The notes under the pieces were generated by a model. The model saw nothing but the letters and a program-made list of their open reading frames with translations, did no database searches and was not told the DNA's origin. Below, piece by piece: positions 26,915 to 44,945 of a stretch of DNA of 64,000 nt (the stretch's first letter is position 1; each line of letters opens with the position of its first letter). The DNA comes from the human T2T-CHM13v2.0 reference genome, Homo sapiens. The stretch lies in NCBI RefSeq assembly GCF_009914755.1, contig NC_060928.1; one strand, written 5' to 3'. Both the position numbers and the translations under genes were made by a program.

Positions 26915-27014
26915 CCACAGAAGAAATGGGGCATGCCCCCGTTCTGTTTCTCCAATAACCTCATCCCAGAACCTGGAGGTCCTTCTCTTCCCATCGCTGC
27001 CCTGTCACTAGCAG
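26915..27014 (+). pseudogene. Candidate pseudo-exon (100 nt)
   Basis: Acceptor tcctttatttcactcacag| and donor GCAG|gtatgc; phase-0 frame is open. Confidence 0.35.
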
Positions 27015-27709
27015 GTATGCTGTGTCGTGTAAGAAACAGCACAGAGAGGTATTTCTTGAGACATATAACATTTCTGCTTAGGTGATAGGTGATGGCCACA
27101 CTGTTACTTGCTGATCACAAAAGGGCTTAAAACAGGGACATTAAATATCGGAGGAAATCGCGGATCACAGAAGTTCACTAACTTGCCTGTCACACAAGTG
27201 TACTAGGATTGGGAGCTAATTAGTCACCCTGATCTGGATTTGAGACAGGGTAGGATTGAGATTTGTAACTTATAACACTGATCGATTCTTCAGCCTCTTT
27301 CCATTGTACTGAAGGGCTGGGCTATTTGTTTGGTTCAGCATGTTTTGGATCTGCTACCATGTTTTCAGTTATGAGAACCTTGTCTATGAACTGAGAGTCC
27401 TGCCCATTATCTTTTGAGCAGGCCACATGTCTAACATAGCTGTGTTGGCCATACAGGCAATTTGGATAACATCTGTTCTGCCAGCACACTGACAAACTTC
27501 CATGTTAGGGAGGTCACAAAGCAAACTGTTGCACATTTGTCACCAGATTGTTCTTTGTGTGTAATTCTCACTTACTCCTACAGCTGACAACAGGGAGAGC
27601 ATCATGTGTCTATAGGACAGCCGCCTCCTGGCATTTGCATTACAATTCAATTTCTCATGGCAGTGTTTTTGTTTTGTTTTCAGGATTCCTCCCTCTTCTT
27701 TCCACAAGT

Positions 27710-28160
27710 GAACACCTCTCCTGTTCTAGGAGCTGGGGATTCAGTAGTGAATGAGACAGGCAAGGTCCCTGCTGTCATGGAGTCTGCATCCTAGTGTAGG
27801 TAATAAGACAATGAACAAAGTAATTTTCAAAGCAAACAAAATAGGGGGTGCTCTGGAGAGTACATGGAGATCTGTTGTAGAGGGTTGGTTGAGGAGGGTT
27901 TCTCTAAGAATCAATGCTCAGGCTGAAACTGGAATGACCAGATGGAGACAGCCCGGAGAAGAACTGTCAGTGCATTCCAGGGAGGGAAGACCAAATGCAA
28001 TGTCTTAAGAGGAGAAAAGCCTGGCAGGTTCCTGGAATAGAAAGAGGGCGTGTGGGCCCAATGTATATGATGGAGAGAGGTAGGAAATGAACTCAGAGAG
28101 GTTGTCAGCACGCAGACCATATTCAACATTGGAGTCCCCTAAGGAGTTTGGATGTTGTCC
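27710..28160 (-). mobile_element. L2 fragment
   Basis: ggagctggggattcagtagtgaatgagacaggcaaggtccctgc, antisense L2 3' end. Confidence 0.65.
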
Positions 28161-28166
28161 TCAGTA

Positions 28167-29313
<1,147 letters not shown>

Positions 29314-30476
29314 TATCTTAAAAAAACATTGGAGACTTTTGAGTTCAAGAATAACATGACATTAATAATTTAAGAAGAACACTAAAGCTATTCCTGTGTG
29401 TAAGGGAACAACAATGGTAACGAGGAGACTAGATGGAAGTCATTCAGATGAGATGTTGATGGCTGGGACCAAGGTGATAGCAGTGGTTAGATTCGAGACT
29501 GAAGCTACTGAGATGGGAAGAGTGGGGGAAGATCACTTTCAGGGATGGGGTGAGGGTAAACTCCATAGTTCTTTTATGGCCATGATAAACTTGAGATGCC
29601 TATTAGATTTATAAGTAGAGAGTCAGGTCAGAAGTTGCATATATGTATCTGGATCCCAGGGATGGGGAGACAGAAGTTTGAATTCCTTTGCAAATTTGAG
29701 GTTACCTCAGTTACAGTCAAAAAAGTGTTTTCAAATTGAGATAAAGCCTAGCAAATAAAAATCGGGAAAATGGCATTTCTAGAAACGGAGAAGGGTTACA
29801 TGATTTACTTTGCAGTTTCTTGTATGAGCATACATTTATGTATAAGGCATGTATACTCTATATTACAAATGCACAGATTATAAAAAGTCAGTAGGACCTA
29901 ATTACCTGGGCTCTAGGAACTCACACCTAGTAGACAACACACACATGAACAGCAGACACTTGTGACCTACTTCCTTGCCCTGTACTGAACAAAAGCCTTC
30001 CACCAGGTGTGCACATTATTTTCTTGGATATTGAATGAGGAAGAATTCCTGTGTCTAATCCTTCAGGTCACTAGAATCAGCTCTAGAGGTCAGTGGGCTG
30101 ACCTGCTGGAGGCAGACCACTCTCAGGCACTAACACCATGTGCAGCGAGCCGTGGGAAAGGTATTTCTGTACAAGAAGCTAAAGGAGCCTGCCAAGAGAT
30201 CACAAATTTTTGCCTTGAGGTTCAGGGGAGGCTTCACAGCAGAGGTGACATTTGAGATGCATCTTGAACTATGAGCAGGAGTTTGCCACAGGGCATGGGA
30301 GGAGTGGGAAGTCTGCTTCTACCAAGGGAGTTTTCTAGAGCAAAGGGGTGTCCTGGAGAAAGTCAGCCAAAAATGATTTTTCATCTTTGAACACATTTCC
30401 CAGTTGGATACACAGGTCTAGGTGATCTTCGCTAGGTTACTCAAATTTTTATTTTACTTTTGAAATCTGCCAGTGC

Positions 30477-33192
<2,716 letters not shown>

Positions 33193-33741
33193 TAAAAATT
33201 CTGGGTCATTTTATTTGCTCAACTTGTGGTGACACTTTCATATAAAGCTTTGACTAGAGAGTGTTCTTCCTTGTACCCTCCCATCTTGTGTCATAGGCAG
33301 AACTGACAAAAACTGTACATAAGTAGATGATTACAGCATAACTATAACCGATTTCCTTTTATGTAAAAAACATTCCAAAATGATAATTACAGGTAATTAC
33401 TGTAGCATAGACCTCAGTCTGTTCACCTTCCAACCTGAAGTGAGTTCAACGGGAGGTCACATATTACAGATGGTGGCTAAGTTTTGAACACACTGGTGCT
33501 CTCTACACTTCTTTATCATTGCATTTGTAAGAAAACGCTTTTCAGCCACCTCTTGGCTTCAGTTTGAAGTTACTGTGTCTTCCCATTACACCCTGTAATG
33601 CCAATTTGTTCCTCTTCATTTTAATGACTCTTTCAATACAGATGTTTAATTGAAGACTAGGAAAGAGATTACCCAAAACAGGGCTTTCTGATTGTTGATA
33701 GTAAAATATTTGCAAACCACTGCCCTGTTTATGTCACTTAG

Positions 33742-34036
33742 GCTCCAGAATTACTCTAGATCTCCTGGGAATTGCACAGAGCAACAAAGTCACGGCCAAC
33801 GGATAGACAGGCTAGTTTGTAGGAAAGCACCGATTAGCCAAATTAGTTTCTAGAAGTTTGTCAGTGCATGATAGAAAAGTAGTGTTTTTTTGGGAGCAGC
33901 AAAAAATTAACATCTCTTCACCTTCCCAGGTGAACAGAAGATGAAAGTTGCTTTTCTGCTTTCAACTTTAAGCATGCTTCTTGCCATGATTGTGTAAAAA
34001 CATCTAGGAAAAATATAAATGACTTTCTTTGAGCAA
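33742..34036 (+). pseudogene. Candidate pseudo-exon, start of an RGS-like box
   Basis: Reads LVCRKAPISQISF*KFVSA, then VVFFWE across a T-run frameshift, then AAKN*HLFTFPGEQKMKVA. Confidence 0.35.
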
Positions 34037-34733
34037 GTTACACAAGCTGTCTGATTTCTCAAGCTGATAAATGAGGATAATACCTCCTTCAGAGAGTGGT
34101 AAGATTAAATTAGAGCATTCATATATGTAGTCTAGCCCAGAGCCTGGCAATTCTGAGTGTATGGCACATGTTAATTATTTCTTCTTACCTGGAGCCTTAG
34201 TAGGGCTGCTAATTCCAAAATTTGATGTTCCTGATTCCAAAATTTTCCAAGTTAAATAATTAGTTTCAGCTACCAAATAATGCCTTACAAGAAATCAATA
34301 TCACCAGTGGCCCACTTGACCGTTTATTGTAGTTATCAGAATAATAACAAACCCTGGTGCTGGTGTTTGGAGTTGAGCTCAGGTGGTCTTCTTGTTACTT
34401 AAGTGCTCTGGCTCAATTTGATAGAAATAGGACTAGGACATACAAATCTTCAGATGTATTCTCTGTGTGACAATTCAGTAAACTCTTCGGAATCTCATGA
34501 TGGTTCTAGAGCAAGATGTTGATAAATATCCAAAATGGAAATGTTTATATAGCTCCCTGATTTTCCCACCATTATCCATTTTGTCTGTAAACCTTCACAC
34601 AAGTTAATCGAACAATTAAAAATTTATATCTCATTTTACTACTATTTTAAATAAAGAAATTATTTTTAAAAAAGTAATTAATCAGCAATATGGCTTACAC
34701 TAATAGAGGATCCTAAAGTTGGATATGGGGTAG

Positions 34734-35108
34734 TGCGATGATTTGAATGTTCCCCTGAAGCCCACATTTTGGAAACTTAATTCCCAGTGCAACAGCATTG
34801 ACAAGTGGGACATTTAAGATGTGATTAGGTAACAAGGGCTCTGCCCTCATGAGTGGATTAATGCCACTATCTCGGGAGTGGCATCCTTATAAAGGATAGG
34901 TTCTGCCCCCTTCCCTCTCTTTCTTGCACACTCTCTTGTCATGTGATGCCTTCCACATGTTATGACACAGCAAGAAGGCTCTCACCGGATGTGGCCTCTC
35001 TTTCTTGAACTTCTCAGCCTCCAGAAATGTGAGCTGAGTAAACTTCTATTGTTTATAAACTACCCAGTCTGTGGTATTCTGTTATAGCAACACAAAATGG
35101 ACTAAGAA
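34734..35108 (+). mobile_element. MST-family MaLR solo LTR
   Basis: tgcgatgatttgaatgttcccc start; gttatagcaacacaaaatggactaaga end. Confidence 0.9.
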
Positions 35109-35326
35109 AAATAGGCTTACCACATGTTTCTATTTGCCCAGAACAGGCTCAGTTTATGCTTGTCGTCCTCTTGTAATTATTAATAATTACCCTTTACTGT
35201 CAAAAGTTGTCCCAATATGTACAATAAATAAGTTGTCTCAATTTTGGCACTATGTTGAACTGCCCTAGGTAGTCCACTGTATTCCATCATTAGCTATGTG
35301 GTCTCTCATGAACTCCAGTCTTGCAG

Positions 35327-35534
35327 TAGAAGTACGAATGATTACATGGGATAGACTGTTGAGGTTTCTCTCCAATGGTCTACTGTGAATAGCTGAATCT
35401 GCAAATGTCGAGGCTCTACAGGATTTAAATACCCAATGAGCCACATCTGTGTACTACTAAGTGGCTCCCCTCAGATCGAACCCTGCAGTCTTTCAGCAAG
35501 CAGACTCCTACTTTATTCAGAAGATTTCACCAGG
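35327..35534 (+). pseudogene. Pseudo-exon, C-terminal half of an RGS-like box
   Basis: Acceptor ctccagtcttgcag|. One frame reads EVRMITWDRLLRFLSNGLL*IAESANVEALQDLNTQ*ATSVYY*VAPLRSNPAVFQQADSYFIQKISP; P.VF..A motif. Confidence 0.55.
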
Positions 35535-36229
35535 GTTTGAGGTTACTTCTTATCACCAAGTTTTTTAATGGCATCAGAACCCAGCCTGAGTGTTCTTTTT
35601 TTCTGCCCACAAGCTGTATTGTTACTCAAGTGTGCTTCTTAAAACAATGAATATGTAACTTATTAAATGTCTTCAAGAAAAGGGAGATGTAAGGAACTAA
35701 TTTTATTGACTGACATGGACTGCAGAGACACACAGAGCCTGCTCACATCTTTTGTAAAGTTTGGATTCAGAGACACTCCCCAACCCCCACTCCTAATGTA
35801 GGAAGAGACGCCATCACACATGTTTATTGACTGGTAGATGCAAGGATCTGTCGGCCATATGCATGCAAGTGAAACAACATTGACCTTGACAGGAGACGTT
35901 TCTTGTGAGTTGCATTTAAGAAAAACTTTTCTATCCGAGGCTGGTGTGGTCACATTGTTAATACCAAATGCGCAGGCTGTGAAGAACTCAGTGGGTCACC
36001 TTGTATCCACCTTACCTTCTAGGAAGAACTACATTCATAGCAGCCCAGCTTAAACAGGAGAAACAAATAAAAATAAGTCAAAACAATCCTGAAGGACAAA
36101 ACTCCCAGTCTCCCTTAGTAAGAAATTTCATTCTATTCAACATCTCACCTCAATTTCATGCACTTTAATTCCCAAACTTCTTATTCTTAATGGAAATATG
36201 GCAAATGCTTATAATTAGTGTAACCCTAA

Positions 36230-36475
36230 CAAAACAACAACAGCAGTAACAAACACATAGCATTTACTATGCACCAGGCACTGGTTCAGACATTTTACAT
36301 ATGGTAACAAATCTAATTTTCACAAAAACCTTAATAAGGTAGGCACTATTATTGTTGCACTATTATTGTTGTTATTTTACACGCAAGGAAACTGAGGCTT
36401 AGCGAGCCCGTAGTGATGCAGTCAGGAGTGCTGCAATTTAGCTCCAGAGTCTGTGTACCTAACTTGTTTGCTGTC
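36230..36475 (-). mobile_element. MIR
   Basis: catttactatgcaccaggcactg...aggaaactgaggcttag MIR core. Confidence 0.75.
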
Positions 36476-39400
36476 CTGCTTCTCACCTACAGGGAATTAG
36501 AGCTCACATAACACATCTGTTAAGGTCAATATTGCTTCACTTGCATGTATATGCCTGCAGATCCTTGTCTTCTGCCTGTCAAGAACTACCCCCGTCCCTT
36601 GGGAACATAGTCACATGTCTGCCCTCAGCCTTCTTCTCTTAAGGCACAATATACCCAAATTCCTTTATTTCTTTTGTTATGAAACTTATTTCCCAAACAT
36701 TTAATCATTTTGGTTGTTCTCTCCAAGTGTCCCAGAACATGCTTCAGCTGGTACTTTCTGCCCTGTTCCACTTCAGCAAACACATATGGCTACTTGAAGA
36801 AGAGGGGTTTTGTATGGTTTAGGGGTGAACAGGGGAATAGAAACAGACCTTGCTCAAATTCCCAAAGCCATAGGCCATTTAACTAGGAGTATAAGAAACA
36901 ATTCCTTCATTTCTTTCTGTGACCCATGGAAGATGAGTCGTTTAGTTTTCCATGAAGATAGGTGTATATTAACACAATTAGAATCCTAGTTAAAAATCTT
37001 CCTTAGTCACCCAGGAAACTATGCTGGTGGGAGACATAAATGCATGTACCTTGAGCAAATAAACAGATAAAGAGAAACCACACCATGACTCCAACCAGCT
37101 GCCACACTATTGTGAAACCTCTCCCGTCTTTAGTAAATGTTGTAGGATAATTGATGGTTGTATCTTTTTTCTTGTTTCTTGTGGTATTGTGGTCTTCTCC
37201 CTTAAAGGATAGTCATCCTTTTAAGTGGGATACAACAACCTTCCTCAAAGGTTGGAAGTCAAAACTGAGCCAAAATGACTTTGAAATGATATTTAATTTA
37301 ATGTCAGGTTGTCAGGGTTTTAGAATGTGAAGGTGTTTGCATTAGGAGCTTACTTGCTTGGTTATGTTATTTGATTTTCTATAAACTCCATGTGCATTCA
37401 TAAGCTATTTTATGTAAGTAGTACACAGGCTGCACATAACAGTTGTTCAAAAAATGTTAGCTTATCATTCTACTGTAGTAAGTTAACTTATGCCTCAGCA
37501 CACTTTTACAATGCCATCTGGTATCCCCAATTTCATACTCCATGTTTGGTCTAAGTTGTCATATGTGGTATAAACATGAACAAATACAGCTTTCTTGGTG
37601 CTCAGTTTAAAGTGACTATCTCTGAAGAGCAACATTCCTCACAATGAGATATGGTGGTAAACCATGAACTTTTAAAAACATCTTATTGGCTATATATTTA
37701 TTTAACATGTATTAGAAGACTATTTCTGGCATACCAAACCTGCTATTTCATGGATATTGTTTCCTAAAATGAGGCTGAAGAAAAAAGAAGTCAACTTAAA
37801 GAAAAAATTTAGAGTAAATATGCCTATAGGCCAATATGGCAAGACTTTGAAGGAAATTCATGAATGTATGAAGTTTGAGACACCATTATAGGGCATCTTG
37901 CGATACAGGGACTCTGTTTTCCTTTGTCTGTTGATGGCTATGGATGAGTGCCAAGAATTTTATGGCTCCTCTTCCAATATCTTCTAGATTTGTCTTTAAG
38001 TCTCGAATTTTCCTGCCCATTTCTGACTCTTGGCCTTGCTCTTCTCTACCCTTGGAATGCTCTTCTAATCCTCTGCAGCTCTCCAATTTCTTCCTGTTGT
38101 TCAAGGTCTGTTTCATGTAGTATTCTTCTGTGAAGCTGTTTCCACCCATGCATTCACAGAGCATTTGGTTTCTCTGTTACTTGGCCTCTTGCTTTCTCTC
38201 TCTCCTCCCAGGTCCCCGGCACAGTGCAACACATGGTTTGCTAATCTGGGTTGTAATATGCTGGGTATTGAACAGCCTTGGTTTCTCTGGGTTTCTTGAG
38301 TCTGGGGGAGGGCAAAGGCAAAACCAATTTAAGCAAGGCACAGATCAAATTAGGCCCAGAATTTGTTATTAGCTTTGCTGATAAATATTCCGCTAAGTTG
38401 ACTTGTATCCATTAGGACAGTCCAGGAAAACTCAGATTCTCCCATATTACAAGTCACATCATCAATCACCTAGAAACGGTAGTGTTCATTTTTAGGTAGC
38501 TTGCTTGTTTGTTAGTCAAAATCTTGATTTCATTTATTTTCTGGATTCTGATCAAATTTCGAAGTCAAGGAATACATGTATTTTAAATGTTGATGTTTTG
38601 CCAAATTTGTCCCCGAGAGAAGTTGCATAATTTATCTCTCACCACATACTTGCTTACATGCTTGCTTAAATTTTGGATGTGTAGGTTATAACAGGATACA
38701 TCATTGTGGTGTTAATTTGACTTTTTAAAATTATGAGGGATGTTAATGTTTTTAAATTATGAATGATGTATATAAAATTATGAGATGTTTTTGTGTTTGT
38801 TTTTTGCTTTTTTTTGCCTTTCTTTCTTAATTCTACCTTTTTCCTTTCTCCTCTCTCTTTCTCTATTTCTCTCCCTCCACTGATTTATAAGAGATCTTTT
38901 TATATGAAATAATATGTATTGCAAAAGTTGTATTCAAGTTTGTTGTTTGTCTTTTGACTTTACTTATGGCATATTTTTCCTATAGAAATTTTAAATTTTG
39001 AGACAAATTCAGTAGATTAATCTTTTTTTATGGTTTCTGTTTTCCTTAAAAATACTTTCCCTACAGAATTTTTAAAAATTCTCTCATTGTAAATTCAGAT
39101 TTCTAATTTTTAAAAAGATGTTCTATATTTATTTTATCTATGGTATAAGTGGAACAAGCACTCTTGAGAGGCCTCATATAGCAAAGAAAGAACCTGTTTC
39201 TGGCCTTCCTGGCTGTTCTCAGGTCTCCCTCACTCTTGTCATTCTATGCAACCTCTGTGCTTGGGCTTCTGCTGCTAACCCCTGATTCAGCACTTACATG
39301 TTTGAATGACCTCTTGGGACCCATTTACCGGGCCTATAGACCACAGTCTGGTGCAAAATTGTTTGTTGAATGAATGCATCAAAGGGCCCATATTAAGTAA

Positions 39401-40212
39401 AACAGTGCCTGAGACAAAGTAAGGGTTGTATAAGTGTTAACTGTCACTATTCCCAGTGTTGAGTTGAAATTGTCTTTATCACAGTTCAAAAATAGTTAAA
39501 TAGTTGAGGCTGCTGATGGTGAGGACAAAAACTAGTTTCTAAAATTCATATAGGATATTATGAACAAACTAAGAAATATATTTAGCTATATTCTATTTTA
39601 TAGTATTTGAAGAAGTTGGAATTATAAGTAATTCCTTTTAAATCATTGCCACTGTCTATCTGGGATACAAGCTGCTTGAAGTTGGAACTGAGGCATCTGG
39701 GAGTGAAACATAAGAAGAAGCTTGGCTAAAGGCACCTTTAATGTATTCTCACACTATAAGGAATGACTCTTCTGTTGAGTTTCTGTGCCACTCCCCCATA
39801 TTTTCTTCCTTAGCTGACTGCCTGCTATGTGACATTGATACATAGTTATATTTGTTTTTGTGATATTTTCATATTGATTACAAAATAAGTCAAGTCACTG
39901 ATAAACTATCATAAACTTATGTGTTGTATTCCCAATTAGGTTTGGTTCTTTTTGACAAAATTTATACCAGTTTTTGTTAGGTGGAGAGGGGTCTTATATT
40001 AGGCTTTTCAAACAGGGCTGCGGGTATCATCATTAGCTATCAATAATTAACAGTACCTCTGTTTCCTTTCAAGACCATTCCAATTCTCGAACTTTGAGAA
40101 TGAGAACTATTTTATGACAACCTCACTAAGAATTCCATATCGTATTGAAAAAAACTCACTGATGTAGTTAATAGCATCTGCTGTAGGGAAATTGATACAG
40201 TTAAATTTTTAT

Positions 40213-40615
<403 letters not shown>

Positions 40616-41119
40616 TAGACACCATCATCCAAGATCATTTTTCACAGACTTGTAACATTTAGTAGTTCTTGTTAAGTGATGTGTTAGAGCTGAATGGCAC
40701 CAGCTCAGGGAGATGAAGGTACATGAGCATTGCATCTCTCACCAACTCTGTTTTGTGACCTCATGTTGATAGCTTGAAATTGGCAATTATGGGAGTATTA
40801 ACACCATGGAAATTGGCAAATGCTATAAATCAGGGGTTCATTTTTCAGATAGCCATCATACCAGCATAACACTTGTTTCTGTCTATACACATCCTACAAA
40901 GGGAGGTAACAAGCTACTACTTGAATAATCCACTTTCTGTGTTGATTTTACAGAATATCTAAAGGGATTAAGTACCTAAAATGTCAAAAATGTAGCTTTA
41001 AATTATAGAATGAGTACCCAGTTCTTGACATAGCATGTGTACTTAGAAATAAATACAATATTAACTGGAAGAGGCTGTAAAAGTTTTGTGGGCCAGCCTC
41101 CTATTTTATGAAGAACTCG

Positions 41120-41710
41120 TGTTACAGGATAGCTGTTATTTTGTCTGTGGTGAATCTCTTCCCTCTTCTGATAATAACATCTTGAGTTTTCTCTTGCCAG
41201 CTCTCAGTCCACATGATCTAGGAAGGAGGAATTTTTGGCCCCCGTCCCTCTCTTCTGCTTTGGTGTGTACACATGACCCAGATCTGGCCATAGAAAGTGC
41301 TCTATGCCCATGGCCACCAAGATGTGTACAAAAGTAAGCATATGCCTTCTGGCTGATGGGATCGTGTCTTTCCCATGGCCACAGCAGTAGGCTGAGATGA
41401 GGCACTTGACCTAAGCTGGAGTGAATTCTAGTAGTTGCTGGTGCTATCAAGAAAAAGGCATTGCTGGTGTAATGTAAGACTGGAGCTGTAGATTGCCATC
41501 TTTGCCACTAACTCAGGGGTGACATTCCTGTGTATGAAGCCAACACAAAAGCAGGCAGAACTGAGCAATGGAGAGAGTCCTGATGATATTATTTGAGCCT
41601 TTGGGCCCATTTATGCCTGAATCTAGAATTATATTGAACCAAATTCATTTCCTTTTTGCTCAAGCCATTTGAATTAGTATTTTGTCACTTGCAATTGAGA
41701 GCTCTGAGAA
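41120..41710 (+). mobile_element. MLT1-family LTR remnant
   Basis: Degenerate MLT1 3' motifs (ttttgctcaagcca...tgtcacttgcaa). Confidence 0.55.
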
Positions 41711-41923
41711 ATATAATTCCTTTCTGTGATAACTCTAATGAGTACTCAGCAGCCAACTCTTGAATGCATCTAGTGATAGGGGCCCCCACCATTTTGTGAA
41801 GCAGTTCATCTCCTTTTTGGTGATTCTGAATATTACAAAGTTCTACACTGATTCCAAATTTGTCTGAGCTCATTGACCCTATATCTGCTATCAGTAGCAA
41901 CACTTGTGTTATGACTGTACATC

Positions 41924-42132
<209 letters not shown>

Positions 42133-43449
42133 TCATAAGTGTACATGTACCTGCCTTGTGCCCTTTGTAAACTCTGAGTTAATTATCATGCCTCTGCGAA
42201 ATCTTCCCTAGCTAAACATACTTAGCCTCCTAAAAGATTCTACATAATTCTCATCTTTCTAGTCATACTGTGCTGGGCATACTACAATTGGTCAATGTCT
42301 TTTTTTAAAAATGTGGCATACTCATAGACCTAATATTTGTCATAAATTTGAATAGTTTACAGTAGAGAGGAATTATTGTCTTGTTCTGCCTGCAGGACTG
42401 ACTATAAGTGAAGGGCCTAAGGGGGCAACATGATTAAGACTTGACTTCTTTTTCTATTTTTACTTCTTCTATTTCTATTATTTTACTCCTTCAGAGTTTA
42501 TTTTCTCTTTTCACCACAGGGGTCATCTCACTTTTTTCCCCTTCTGTCTGTCCCATCACTGCTACCTTCACCCCTACTCCACCCCCACAAACCCTCCCCA
42601 CCAAGCTGGTCCTTATTACAACAAACAGTAAGGAGTGAATTTGAGTTGAAGTGCAAAATAAGTGATAAGCTTAATATGCCACCTCTCATCAAGAGTATAT
42701 ATTTTTATTTCCATACACCAAGACTTGATTAGTTTCAATCAAAGCAAGTGTTCCAGTTGTGGAGCTGTAGCTGTTGTTTTTGAACCATATAGGGAGGGTG
42801 CTTTACCAAAATTATATCATGTATTTTGTTCCCTGCTTCACTTGTAGATTCTTTGCCAGCCTGTAATCTCTAGCCCTGCTCCAGCAACCTGTCCCATGGC
42901 CCAGCATGCTTAGGGCCTGCTCTTCTGAGCTTGGTCATGTCTAGCCATGAGTTTTGCTGTCTTATTGTTAATCAAAATACTTGTTCTCAATGGAAGACAG
43001 ATTAGGCAAAAATAAAACAAAACAAAAACAAAAACTTGGAAGCCAGCTCCATTTCTCCTGTGAAATGCACAAAGGTCCTCCTGTCACTAGTGCAGAGATG
43101 ATGTCAATGTCCTGGATGGAATCTGAGATAAAAATGAAAGTTACGTATTTTACACATTGAAATCCCTTAGAGATCACATACTTTGACCCTCTTAACTACT
43201 AAGTCCAAATCCATGGGTTCGATTCGTCAATCAGTCCATCTGCTACTATCATTAAATTAGCTAAAGAAAATAATGACTTTTTTCATTTCAGAAAATAGAT
43301 TTTATTTGATTTTAGCATTCTTTTGATATTGCCAATAAGGTTTTTTGTTGTCGTTCCTGTGAGGGTGGTTGTATTGCAGGGACTAGCCCAATTCCTGGCT
43401 CTCAATAATTTTTTTTGCAGTTTTTTATAAAAAAATCAGCATGGGAGTA

Positions 43450-43830
43450 TAACTGTTGAAAGCAATATCACAAAACTATTTAAAGTTTGTGCTTCAAAAT
43501 TTCAGTTCTTGAACAAGTTTAATGGAGCTTTTCCGTAAGACCTATTTATGGAGGAAAATTTATGATAATGTGGGTTCCTCTTGTCCTAAATCCTTGGGTA
43601 TTCACTTCTCAGAAGGAGCAGAAAGACCTCTTTATAATCCGGCTTTTCTCTACATCAGTGTGCTATGGAGGGCCCACCGGCCAGCATGATAGTGACATCC
43701 TGTGTGTTCCCACAGTGATTTCCTCATGCAGTGGACAAGTCTCACCAAGCTGGCTGCTCCTCAAAAATCGAAACTTCATTTTTCTGTCGGTTAGTTTTCG
43801 TGTTAAAAATCTTTTCCAAATCACTTCCCA
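43450..43830 (+). pseudogene. Candidate pseudo-exon(s), RGSL1-like box
   Basis: Reads YLKFVLQNFSS*TSLMELFRKTYL, then in ORF 43562-43930 KEQKDLFIIRLFSTSVCYGGPTGQHDSDILCVPTVISSCSGQVSPSWLL. Confidence 0.45.
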
Positions 43831-44865
43831 GTCTCTCTCCATGAAACCACCACTGGTTAATGGAAACCTCGGGTACTTGATGGAGTGGGATACAACCATA
43901 AGTTCTCAGTCGATTTTCTTCTTTGAATAAACGGGTCTTTTCTAAGGGCACTGCTGGTGGTTTGATTCTTGGCAGTTCCTTCCCTCAAAAACGTGTCTTA
44001 GGAGAGCAAGCGGTCCTTCCTGGTAGAATGAGCACCTTTCAGAAAGCTTTCTGTTTGTTTAATTTCTTGATTATATGAAGTACATTAAAACCAGTCCAGG
44101 GCCCATTAACATAATTTTCATGCATGTTAGTTCTGGCAAAATACATTAGACAGGAACTGTATGATAAATGAGATAAATAATTTTGATGGAGCAGTGAAAT
44201 AAAATAAACTTTTGCTGTTTAAGAAAACAAATCATGACTAGTGGGGTGTATATGAGAATCAGTTTGTGTTAGAGTGGCATTCTGAGGGTGGCTTCTATCC
44301 TTAGACTGTTCTGGGGAGAAAGGGCTGCTGTTTTGTACCTACAAGGTCTAGGTGCAGCTGTAAAATAAAATATTATGAAGTCTCGTGTCCATTTCTTAGG
44401 AACTGATTATCCATGCTGTGGATTACGTGAGGGTGCTCTACTTCCTCTCCTTGGCTGCCTTTTAACACATTGCCTAAAAAATGGGCAAGGGCAGACAGAA
44501 GAGATGAGATTTATATACATTTATATTGAGACTTATTAACACCTGTGGGAAGAAATTGTTGTAGGCTGAGTAGATTCTTTCCAACAAGTTTAATTTTGCT
44601 TAGTTAGCAGTTTACAGACTTTTGTATGATCAGGCTCTGCTAGAAATGTCTATCAGTTAGTAGTAGAATCAGAAGTTCATGGGCCTGGATAAAAAAATAT
44701 AGCCTTCTTGTCAGATAGGCCTGGAAAACACTTTTCAAAATGATATTACAGGCTTCTGTGTCCTCCAAGTCATAAAAGCTAGGAAGAGCCCCAAATGAGA
44801 CCTTGAGTGTTCTGTTTGTTATTGTGTTAAGAAGTTTTCAGAAATGAGCCCCTGGAAATAAGCTA

Positions 44866-44945
44866 TTATGTTGGTGCAAAAGTAATCGCGGTTTTTGCCA
44901 TTAAAAGCAATGAGAAAAACCGCGATTACTTTTGCGCCAACCCAG
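44866..44945. mobile_element. MADE1 (Hsmar1-derived MITE), miR-548-type hairpin
   Basis: 80-bp near-perfect inverted repeat ttggtgcaaaagtaatcgcggtttttg / aaaaaccgcgattacttttgcgccaa, flanked by TA. Confidence 0.95.

Noticed and set aside
43742-43951. Minus-strand ORF with an apparent GTGAGA donor
   Set aside because: Codon-aligned with the + strand 122-aa frame that carries RGSL1-like motifs; no supporting series of minus-strand exons.
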